Assembly: GCA_002189035.1 (NCBI GenBank)
Contig: NEEC01000378.1
Location: 1 to 30,475, forward strand
Reading direction: 5' to 3'
Length of the DNA: 30,475 nt
Origin: Utricularia gibba
Lineage: Eukaryota; Plantae; Magnoliophyta
Shown here: positions 1 to 11,300 of the stretch, one piece after another
Layout of the letters: the number at the start of each line of letters is the position of its first letter
Position numbering within the stretch: position 1 is the stretch's first letter
Translations under genes and position numbers: made by a program
Notes under the pieces: model-generated
Databases searched by the model: none
The model's input: the letters and a program-made list of their open reading frames with translations, nothing else
Told to the model about the DNA's origin: nothing

Positions 1-60
1 CCAAAGACCGCCTTCTCAAGTATAAAGTAAGTTGTTGAAAAAATCATGTGGGGTGCACGT

Positions 61-373
61 GATATCGCAATTTAAACAAATGCAACATTGTATTCATCGA
101 TTTGCATCCTTTTGTCCTCATGAGCCATAAAGAATCGCGGGCCGGACCAAGTTCCTAGCGAGACTGGCCGCCACAAAACGAGAAGCTGTTCCTTGAAAAA
201 CCATGTAGGCAACACCGAAAACCGAACGTTAATAAATACATCACTTTCTTTGCCGGGCTACAACTTACTTTGGGCCAAGGCCTAAGCTGATCTTTTTCCG
301 GTTCCAAGTGCACCCAAAGACCGCCTTCTCAAGTATAAAGTAAGTTGTTGAAAAAATCATGTGGGGTGCACGT
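61..373. repeat. Type-A monomer exemplar (consensus ~314 bp)
   Basis: Diagnostic alleles: GATATCGC, GCAACATTGTATTC, CCTTTTGTCC, ATAAAG, CGCGGGC(C)CGG, CCTAGC, GCTGTT, GGCAACACC, CGTTAAT, TTTCTTT, GGGCTAC, and tail CTTACTTTGGGCCAAGGCCTAAGCTGATC. Confidence 0.95.
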
Positions 374-688
374 GACATCATAATTTAAACAAATGGATCA
401 TTTTTTTTTAATCGATTTGCATCCAGTTGACCTCATGAGCCATACAGAATCGGGGTCAAGGACCAAGTTCCCAGCGAGACTGGCCGCCACAAAACGAGAA
501 GCGGTTCCTTGAAAAACCATGTAGGCAGCCCCCGAAAACCGAACGATAATAAATACATCACTTTATTTGCCGGACTACAACTAACTCTCGGGCAAGCCAA
601 ACCTTACCTTTGTCCCGTTCCAGGTGCACCCAAGACCGCCTGCTCAAGTATAAAGTAAGTTGTTGAAAAAATCATGTGGGGTGCACGT
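374..688. repeat. Type-B monomer exemplar (consensus ~316 bp)
   Basis: Diagnostic alleles: GACATCAT, GGATCATTTTTTTT, CCAGTTGACC, ATACAG, CGGGGTCAAGG, CCCAGC, GCGGTT, GGCAGCCCCC, CGATAAT, TTTATTT, GGACTAC, and tail CTAACTCTCG(G)TGCAAGCCAAACCTTACCTTTGTCCCGTTCCAGG (consensus). Confidence 0.95.
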
Positions 689-3600
689 GATATCGCAATT
701 TAAACAAATGCAACATTGTATTCATCGATTTGCATCCTTTTGTCCTCATGAGCCATAAAGAATCGCGGGCCCGGACCAAGTTCCTAGCGAGACTGGCCGC
801 CACAAAACGAGAAGCTGTTCCTTGAAAAACCATGTAGGCAACACCGAAAACCGAACGTTAATAAATACATCACTTTCTTTGCCGGGCTACAACTTACTTT
901 GGGCCAAGGCCTAAGCTGATCTTTTCCGGTTCCAAGTGCACCCAAAGACCGCCTCTCAAGTATAAAGTAAGTTGTTGAAAAAATCATGTGGGGTGCACGT
1001 GACATCATAATTTAAACAAATGGATCATTTTTTTAATCGATTTGCATCCAGTTGACCTCATGAGCCATACAGAATCGGGGTCAAGGACCAAGTTCCCAGC
1101 GAGACTGGCCGCCACAAAACGAGAAGCGGTTCCTTGAAAAACCATGTAGGCAGCCCCCGAAAACCGAACGATAATAAATACATCACTTTATTTGCCGGAC
1201 TACAACTAACTCTCGGTGCAAGCCAAACCTTACCTTTGTCCCGTTCCAGGTGCACCAAAGACCGCCTGCTCAAGTATAAAGTAAGTTGTTGAAAAAATCA
1301 TGTGGGTGCACGTGATATCGCAATTTAAACAAATGCAACATTTGTTTCATCGATTTGCATCCTTTTGTCCTCATGAGCCATAAAGAATCGCGGGCCGGAC
1401 CAAGTTCCTAGCGAGACTGGCCGCCACAAAACGAGAAGCTGTTCCTTGAAAAACCATGTAGGCAACACCGAAAACCGAACGTTAATAAATACATCACTTT
1501 CTTTGCCGGGCTACAACTTACTTTGGGCCAAGGCCTAAGCTGATCTTTTTCCGGTTCCAAGTGCACCCAAAGACCGCCTTCTCAAGTATAAAGTAAGTTG
1601 TTGAAAAAATCATGTGGGGTGCACGTGACATCATAATTTAAACAAATGGATCATTTTTTTTAATCGATTTGCATCCAGTTGACCTCATGAGCCATACAGA
1701 ATCGGGGTCAAGGACCAAGTTCCCAGCGAGACTGGCCGCCACAAAACGAGAAGCGGTTCCTTGAAAAACCATGTAGGCAGCCCCCGAAAACCGAACGATA
1801 ATAAATACATCACTTTTTTGCCGGACTACAACTTACTTCGGGCAAGCCAAACCTACCTTTTTCCGTTCCAAGTGCCCCCAAAGACCGCCTCTCAAGTATA
1901 AAGTAAGTTGTTGAAAAAATCATGTGGGGTGCACGTGATATCGCAATTTAAACAAATGATCGATTTGCATCCTTTGTCCTCATGAGCCATAAAGAATCGC
2001 GGGCCCGGACCAAGTTCCTAGCGAGACTGGCCGCCACAAAACGAGAAGCTGTTCCTTGAAAAACCATGTAGGCACACCGAAAACCGAACGTTAATAAATA
2101 CATCACTTTCTTTGCCGGGCTACAACTTACTTTGGGCCAAGGCCTAAGCTGATCTTTTCCGGTTCCAAGTGCACCCAAAGACCGCCTTCTCAAGTATAAA
2201 GTAAGTTTTTGAAAAAATCATGTGGGGTGCACGTGACATCATAATTTAAACAAATGGATCATTTTTTTTAATCGATTTGCATCCAGTTGACCTCATGAGC
2301 CATACAGAATCGGGGTCAAGGACCAAGTTCCCAGCGAGACTGGCCGCACAAACGAGAAGCGGTTCCTCGAAAAACCATGTAGGCAGCCCCGAAAACCGAA
2401 CGATAATAAATACATCACTTTATTTGCCGGACTACAACTAACTCTCGTGCAAGCCAAACCTTACCTTTGTCCCGTTCCAGGTGCACCCAAAGACCGCCTC
2501 TCAAGTATAAAGTAAGTTGTTGAAAAAATCATGTGGGGTGCACGTGATATCGCAATTTAAACAAATGCAACATTGTATTCATCGATTTGCATCCTTTTGT
2601 CCTCATGAGCCATAAAGAATCGCGGGCCCGACCAAGTTCCTAGCGAGACTGGCCGCCACAAAACGAGAAGCTGTTCCTTGAAAAACCATGTAGGCAACAC
2701 CGAAAACCGAACGTTAATAAATACATCACTTTCTTTGCCGGGCTACAACTTACTTTGGGCCAAGGCCTAAGCTGATCTTTTTCCGGTTCCAAGTGCACCC
2801 AAAGACCGCCTTCTCAAGTATAAAGTAAGTTGTTGAAAAAATCATGTGGGGTGCACGTGACATCATAATTTAAACAAATGGATCATTTTTTTAATCGATT
2901 TGCATCCAGTTGACCTCATGAGCCATACAGAATCGGGGTCAAGGACCAAGTTCCCAGCGAGACTGGCCGCCACAAAACGAGAAGCGGTTCCTTGAAAAAC
3001 CATGTAGGCAGCCCCCGAAAACCGAACGATAATAAATACATCACTTTATTTGCCGGACTACAACTAACTCTCGGTGCAAGCCAAACCTTACCTTTGTTCC
3101 GTTCCAGGTGCACCCAAAGACCGCCTGCTCAAGTATAAAGTAAGTTGTTGAAAAAATCATGTGGGGTGCACGTGATATCGCAATTTAAACAAATGCAACA
3201 TTGTATTCATCGATTTGCATCCTTTTGTCCTCATGAGCCATAAAGAATCGCGGGCCCGGACCAAGTTCCTAGCGAGACTGGCCGCCCAAAACGAGAAGCT
3301 GTTCCTTGAAAAACCATGTAGGCAACACCGAAAACCGAACGTTAATAAATACATCACTTTCTTTGCCGGGCTACAACTTACTTTGGGCCAAGGCCTAAGC
3401 TGATCTTTTTCCGGTTCCAAGTGCACCCAAAGACCGCCTTCTCAAGTATAAAGTAAGTTGTTGAAAAAATCATGTGGGGTGCACGTGACATCATAATTTA
3501 AACAAATGGATCATTTTTTTTAATCGATTTGCATCCAGTTGACCTCATGAGCCATACAGAATCGGGGTCAAGGACCAAGTTCCCAGCGAGACTGGCCGCC

Positions 3601-6600
3601 ACAAAACGAGAAGCGGTTCCTTGAAAAACCATGTAGGCAGCCCCCGAAAACCGAACGATAATAAATACATCACTTTATTTGCCGGACTACAACTAACTCT
3701 CGGTGCAAGCCAAACCTTACCTTTGTCCGTTCCAGGTGCACCCAAAGACCGCCTGCTCAAGTATAAAGTAAGTTGTTGAAAAAATCATGTGGGGTGCACG
3801 TGATATCGCAATTTAAACAAATGCAACATTGTATTCATCGATTTGCATCCTTTTGTCCTCATGAGCCATAAAGAATCGCGGGCCCGGACCAAGTTCCTAG
3901 CGAGACTGGCCGCCACAAAACGAAGCTGTTCCTTGAAAAACCATGTAGGCAACACCGAAAACCGAACGTTAATAAATACATCACTTTCTTTGCCGGGCTA
4001 CAACTTACTTTGGGCCAAGGCCTAAGCTGATCTTTTTCCGGTTCCAAGTGCACCCAAAGACCGCCTTCTCAAGTATAAAGTAAGTTGTTGAAAAAATCAT
4101 GTGGGGTGCACGTGACATCATAATTTAAACAAATGGATCATTTTTTTTAATCGATTTGCATCCAGTTGACCTCATGAGCCATACAGAATCGGGGTCAAGG
4201 ACCAAGTTCCCAGCGAGACTGGCCGCCACAAAACGAGAAGCGGTTCCTTGAAAAACCATGTAGGCAGCCCCCGAAAACCGAACGATAATAAATACATCAC
4301 TTTATTTGCCGGACTACAACTAACTCTCGTGCAAGCCAAACCTTACCTTTGTCCCGTTCCAGGTGCACCCAAAGACCGCCTGCTCAAGTATAAAGTAAGT
4401 TGTTGAAAAAATCATGTGGGGTGCACGTGATATCGCAATTTAAACAAATGCAACATTGTATTCATCGATTTGCATCCTTTTGTCCTCATGAGCCATAAAG
4501 AATCGCGGGCCCGGACCAAGTTCCTAGCGAGACTGGCCGCCACAAAACGAGAAGCTGTTCCTTGAAAAACCATGTAGGCAACACGAAAACCGAACGTTAA
4601 TAAATACATCACTTTCTTTGCCGGGCTACAACTTACTTTGGGCCAAGGCCTAAGCTGATCTTTTTCCGGTTCCAAGTGCACCCAAAGACCGCCTTCTCAA
4701 GTATAAAGTAAGTTGTTGAAAAAATCATGTGGGGTGCACGTGACATCATAATTTAAACAAATGGATCATTTTTTTTAATCGATTTGCATCCAGTTGACCT
4801 CATGAGCCATACAGAATCGGGGTCAAGGACCAAGTTCCCAGCGAGACTGGCCGCCAAAACGAGAAGCGGTTCCTTGAAAAACCATGTAGGCAGCCCCCGA
4901 AAACCGAACGATAATAAATACATCACTTATTTGCCGGACTACAACTTACTTGGGCAAGCCTAAGCTGACCTTTTTCCGTTCCAAGTGCCCCCAAAGACCG
5001 CCTCCTCAAGTATAAAGTAAGTTGTTAAAAAAATCATGTGGGGTGCACGTGATATCGCAATTTAAACAAATGCATTTTTTTTTAATCGATTTGCATCCTT
5101 TTGTCCTCATGAGCCATAAAGAATCGCGGCCCGGACCAAGTTCCTAGCGAGACTGGCCGCCACAAACGAGAAGCTGTTCCTTGAAAAACCATGTAGGCAA
5201 CACCGAAAACCGAACGTTAATAAATACATCACTTTCTTTGCCGGGCTACAACTTACTTTGGGCCAAGGCCTAAGCTGATTTTTCCGGTTCCAAGTGCACC
5301 CAAAGACCGCCTCTCAGTATAAAGTAAGTTGTTGAAAAAATCATGTGGGGTGCACGTGACATCATAATTTAAACAAATGATCATTTTTTTTAATCGATTT
5401 GCATCCAGTTGACCTCATGAGCCATACAGAATCGGGGTCAAGGACCAAGTTCCCAGCGAGACTGGCCGCCAAAACGAGAAGCGGTTCCTTGAAAAACCAT
5501 GTAGGCAGCCCCCGAAAACCGAACGATAATAAATACATCACTTTATTTGCCGGACTACAACTACTGCAAGCCAAACCTTACCTTTGTCCCGTTCCAGGTG
5601 CACCCAAAGACCGCCTGCTCAAGTATAAAGTAAGTTGTTGAAAAAATCATGTGGGGTGCACGTGATATCGCAATTTAAACAAATGCAACATTGTATTCAT
5701 CGATTTGCATCCTTTTGTCCTCATGAGCCATAAAGAATCGCGGGCCCGGACCAAGTTCCTAGCGAGACTGGCCGCCACAAAACGAGAAGCTGTTCCTTGA
5801 AAAACCATGTAGGCAACACCGAAAACCGAACGTTAATAAATACATCACTTTCTTTGCCGGGCTACAACTTACTTTGGGCCAAGGCCTAAGCTGATCTTTT
5901 TCCGGTTCCAAGTGCCCAAAGACCGCCTTCTCAAGTATAAAGTAAGTTGTTGAAAAAATCATGTGGGGTGCACGTGACATCATAATTTAAACAAATGATC
6001 ATTTTTTTTAATCGATTTGCATCCAGTTGACCTCATGAGCCATACAGAATCGGGGTCAAGGACCAAGTTCCCAGCGAGACTGGCCGCCACAAAACGAGAA
6101 GCGTTCCTTGAAAAACCATGTAGGCAGCCCCCGAAAACCGAACGATAATAAATACATCACTTTTTGCCGGCTACAACTTACTTTGGGCCAAGCCTAAGCT
6201 ATCTTTTTCCGGTTCCAAGTGCAAAGACCGCCTTCTCAAGTATAAAGTAAGTTGTTAAAAAATCATGTGGGGTGCACGTGACATCATAATTTAAACAAAT
6301 GATCATTTTTTTTAATCGATTTGCATCCAGTTGACCTCATGAGCCATACAGAATCGGGGTCAAGGACCAAGTTCCCAGCGAGACTGGCCGCCACAAACGA
6401 GAAGCGGTTCCTGAAAAACCATGTAGGCACCCCGAAAACCGAACGATAATAAATACATCACTTTATTTGCCGGACTACAACTAAGCAAGCCAAACCTTAC
6501 CTTTTCCCGTTCCAGTGCACCCAAAGACCGCCTCTCAAGTATAAAGTAAGTTGTTGAAAAAATCATGTGGGGTGCACGTGATATCGCAATTTAAACAAAT

Positions 6601-8063
6601 GCAACATTGTTTCATCGATTTGCATCCTTTTGTCCTCATGAGCCATAAAGAATCGCGGGCCCGGACCAAGTTCCAGCGAGACTGGCCGCCACAAAACGAG
6701 AAGCTGTTCCTTGAAAAACCATGTAGGCAACACCGAAAACCGAACGTTAATAAATACATCACTTTCTTTGCCGGCTACAACTTACTTTGGGCCAAGGCCT
6801 AAGCTGATCTTTTTCCGGTTCCAAGTGCACCCAAAGACCGCCTTCTCAAGTATAAAGTAAGTTGTTGAAAAAATCATGTGGGGTGCACGTGACATCATAA
6901 TTTAAACAAATGGATCATTTTTTTTAATCGATTTGCATCCAGTTGACCTCATGAGCCATACAGAATCGGGGTCAAGGACCAAGTTCCCAGCGAGACTGGC
7001 CGCCACAAAACGAGAAGCGGTTCCTTGAAAAACCATGTAGGCAGCCCCCGAAAACCGAACGATAATAAATACATCACTTTATTTGCCGGACTACAACTAC
7101 AAGCCTAAGCTACCTTTTTCCGTTCCAAGTGCCCCCCAAGACCGCCTCCTCAAGTATAAAGTAAGTTGTTAAAAAATCATGTGGGTGCACGTGATATCGC
7201 AATTTAAACAAATGCATTTTTTCATCGATTTGCATCCTTTTGTCCTCATGAGCCATAAAGAATCGCGGGCCCGGACCAAGTTCCTAGCGAGACTGGCCGC
7301 CACAAAACGAGAAGCTGTTCCTTGAAAAACCATGTAGGCAACACCGAAAACCGAACGTTAATAAATACATCACTTTCTTTGCCGGGCTACAACTTACTTT
7401 GGGCCAAGGCCTAAGCTGATCTTTTTCCGGTTCCAAGTGCCCCCCAAGACCGCCTCTCAGTATAAAGTAAGTTGTTAAAAAAATCATGTGGGGTGCACGT
7501 GACATCGTAATTTAAACAAATGATCATTTTTTTTAATCGATTTGCATCCAGTTGACCTCATGAGCCATACAGAATCGGGGTCAAGGACCAAGTTCCCAGC
7601 GAGACTGGCCGCCACAAACGAGAAGCGGTTCCTTGAAAAACCATGTAGGCAGCCCCCGAAAACCGAACGATAATAAATACATCACTTTATTTGCCGGACT
7701 ACAACTAACTCTCGGTGCAAGCCAAACCTTACCTTTGTCCCGTTCCAGGTGCACCCAAAGACCGCCTGCTCAAGTATAAAGTAAGTTGTTGAAAAAATCA
7801 TGTGGGGTGCACGTGATATCGCAATTTAAACAAATGCAACATTGTATTCATCGATTTGCATCCTTTTGTCCTCATGAGCCATAAAGAATCGCGGGCCCGG
7901 ACCAAGTTCCTAGCGAGACTGGCCGCCACAAACGAGAAGCTGTTCCTTGAAAAACCATGTAGGCAACAAAACCGAACGTTAATAAATACATCACTTTCTT
8001 TGCCGGGCTACAACTTACTTTGGGCCAAGGCCTAAGCTGATCTTTTTCCGGTTCCAAGTGCAC

Positions 8064-8302
8064 CCAAAGACCGTCAAATCAGTGCACGATTTAAACAAAT
8101 GAATCGATTTGCATCCTTGACCTCATGAGCCATACAGAATCCGACCAAGTTCCCAGCGAGACTGGCCGCCACAAAACGAGAAGTTCCTTGAAAAACCATG
8201 TAGGCACGAAAACCGAACGTTAATAAATACATCACTTTTTTGCCGGCTACAACTTACTTTGGGCCAAGGCCTAAGCTGACCTTTTTCCGGTTCCAAGTGC
8301 CC
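8064..8302. repeat. Degraded, shortened monomer (~240 bp; B-like front, A/C-like back)
   Basis: CCAAAGACCG at 8064 to CCAAGACC at 8303 is ~240 bp. The conserved block is collapsed to CCGTCAAATCAGTGCACGATTTAAAC and several small deletions follow. Confidence 0.8.
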
Positions 8303-11300
8303 CCAAGACCGCCTCTCAGTATAAAGTAGTTGTTAAAAAAATCATGTGGGGTGCACGTGACATCATAATTTAAACAAATGATCATTTTTTTAATCGATTT
8401 GCATCCAGTTGACCTCATGAGCCATACAGAATCGGGGTCAAGGACCAAGTTCCCAGCGAGACTGGCCGCCACAAAACGAGAAGCGGTTCCTTGAAAAACC
8501 ATGTAGGCAGCCCCCGAAAACCGAACGATAATAAATACATCACTTTATTTGCCGGACTACAACTAACTCTCGTGCAAGCCAAACCTTACCTTTGTCCCGT
8601 TCCAGGTGCACCCAAAGACCGCCTGCTCAAGTATAAAGTAAGTTGTTGAAAAAATCATGTGGGGTGCACGTGATATCGCAATTTAACAAATGCAACATTG
8701 TATTCATCGATTTGCATCCTTTTGTCCTCATGAGCCATAAAGAATCGCGGGCCCGGACCAAGTTCCTAGCGAGACTGGCCGCCACAAAACGAGAAGCTGT
8801 TCCTTGAAAAACCATGTAGGCAACACCGAAAACCGAACGTTAATAAATACATCACTTTCTTTGCCGGGCTACAACTTACTTTGGGCCAAGGCCTAAGCTG
8901 ATCTTTTTCCGGTTCCAAGTGCACCCAAAGACCGCCTTCTCAAGTATAAAGTAAGTTGTTGAAAAAATCATGTGGGGTGCACGTGACATCATAATTTAAA
9001 CAAATGGATCATTTTTTTTAATCGATTTGCATCCAGTTGACCTCATGAGCCATACAGAATCGGGGTCAAGGACCAAGTTCCCAGCGAGACTGGCCGCCAC
9101 AAAACGAGAAGCGGTTCCTTGAAAAACCATGTAGGCAGCCCCCGAAAACCGAACGATAATAAATACATCACTTTATTTGCCGGACTACAACTAACTCGGT
9201 GCAAGCCAAACCTTACCTTTTTCCGGTGCACCCAAAGACCGCCTGCTCAAGTATAAAGTAAGTTTTGAAAAAATCATGTGGGGTGCACGTGATCGCAATT
9301 TAAACAAATGCAACATTTTTTTTCATCGATTTGCATCCTTTTGTCCTCATGAGCCATAAAGAATCGCGGGCCCGGACCAAGTTCCTAGCGAGACTGGCCG
9401 CCACAAAACGAGAAGCTGTTCCTTGAAAAACCATGTAGGCAACACCGAAAACCGAACGTTAATAAATACATCACTTTCTTTGCCGGGCTACAACTTACTT
9501 TGGGCCAAGGCCTAAGCTGATCTTTTTCCGGTTCCAAGTGCCCCCCAAGACCGCCTCTCAAGTATAAAGTAAGTTGTTAAAAAATCATGTGGGGTGCACG
9601 TGACATCATAATTTAAACAAATGATCATTTTTTTTAATCGATTTGCATCCAGTTGACCTCATGAGCCATACAGAATCGGGTCAAGGACCAAGTTCCCAGC
9701 GAGACTGGCCGCCACAAAACGAGAAGCGGTTCCTTGAAAAACCATGTAGGCAGCCCCCGAAAACCGAACGATAATAAATACATCACTTTATTTGCCGGAC
9801 TACAACTAACTCTGCAAGCCAAACCTTACCTTTGTCCGTTCCAGGTGCACCCAAAGACCGCCTCCTCAAGTATAAAGTAAGTTGTTGAAAAAATCATGTG
9901 GGGTGCACGTGATATCGCAATTTAAACAAATGCAACATTTTATTTCATCGATTTGCATCCTTTTGTCCTCATGAGCCATAAAGAATCGCGGGCCCGGACC
10001 AAGTTCCTAGCGAGACTGGCCGCCACAAAACGAGAAGCTGTTCCTTGAAAAACCATGTAGGCAACACCGAAAACCGAACGTTAATAAATACATCACTTTC
10101 TTTGCCGGGCTACAACTTACTTTGGGCCAAGGCCTAAGCTGATCTTTTTCCGGTTCCAAGTGCACCCAAAGACCGCCTTCTCAAGTATAAAGTAAGTTGT
10201 TGAAAAAATCATGTGGGGTGCACGTGACATCATAATTTAAACAAATGGATCATTTTTTTTAATCGATTTGCATCCAGTTGACCTCATGAGCCATACAGAA
10301 TCGGGGTCAAGGACCAAGTTCCCAGCGAGACTGGCCGCCACAAAACGAGAAGCCTTGAAAAACCATGTAGGCAGCCCCCGAAAACCGAACGATAATAAAT
10401 ACATCACTTTATTTGCCGGACTACAACTAACTCTTGCAAGCCAAACCTTACCTTTGTCCCGTTCCAGTGCCCCAAAGACCGCCTGCTCAAGTATAAAGTA
10501 AGTTGTTGAAAAAATCATGTGGGGTGCACGTGATATCGCATTTAAACAAATGCAACATTGTATTCATCGATTTGCATCCTTTTGTCCTCATGAGCCATAA
10601 AGAATCGCCCGGACCAAGTTCCTAGCGAGACTGGCCGCCACAAAACGAGAAGCTGTTCCTTGAAAAACCATGTAGGCAACACCGAAAACCGAACGTTAAT
10701 AAATACATCACTTTCTTTGCCGGGCTACAACTTACTTTGGGCCAAGGCCTAAGCTGATCTTTTTCCGGTTCCAAGTGCACCCAAAGACCGCCTTCTCAAG
10801 TATAAAGTAAGTTGTTGAAAAAATCATGTGGGGTGCACGTGACATCATAATTTAAACAAATGGATCATTTTTTTTAATCGATTTGCATCCAGTTGACCTC
10901 ATGAGCCATACAGAATCGGGGTCAAGGACCAAGTTCCCAGCGAGACTGGCCGCCACAAAACGAGAAGCGGTTCCTTGAAAAACCATGTAGGCAGCCCCCG
11001 AAAACCGAACGATAATAAATACATCACTTTATTTGCCGGACTACAACTAACTCTCGTGCAAGCCAAACCTTACCTTTGTCCCGTTCCAGGTGCACCCAAA
11101 GACCGCCTGCTCAAGTATAAAGTAAGTTGTTGAAAAAATCATGTGGGGTGCACGTGATATCGCAATTTAAACAAATGCAACATTGTATTCATCGATTTGC
11201 ATCCTTTTGTCCTCATGAGCCATAAAGAATCGCGGGCCCGGACCAAGTTCCTAGCGAGACTGGCCGCCACAAAACGAGAAGCTGTTCCTTGAAAAACCAT

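Noticed and set aside
18-28. TATA-like TATAAA upstream of a G-box as a promoter
   Set aside because: A 6-mer in AT-rich repeat with no downstream gene. It is listed only as part of the conserved block.
48-60. Kinetoplast minicircle conserved block (GGGGTGCACGTG versus CSB-3 GGGGTTGGTGTA)
   Set aside because: Only GGGGT is shared, and CSB-1 and CSB-2 are not seen.
298-312. Pol III B-box or tRNA/SINE remnant (GGTTCCAAGTGC)
   Set aside because: It fails GTTCRANNC at the purine position, has no upstream A-box and no cloverleaf.
1-630. 5S rDNA tandem unit (similar unit size; minus strand has GGATGC and GTGCACCCC, resembling plant 5S ends)
   Set aside because: The two words are only ~55-60 bp apart and the 5S internal sequence (box A, box C, GATCCCATCAGAAC, AGTACTAGGATGGG) is absent.
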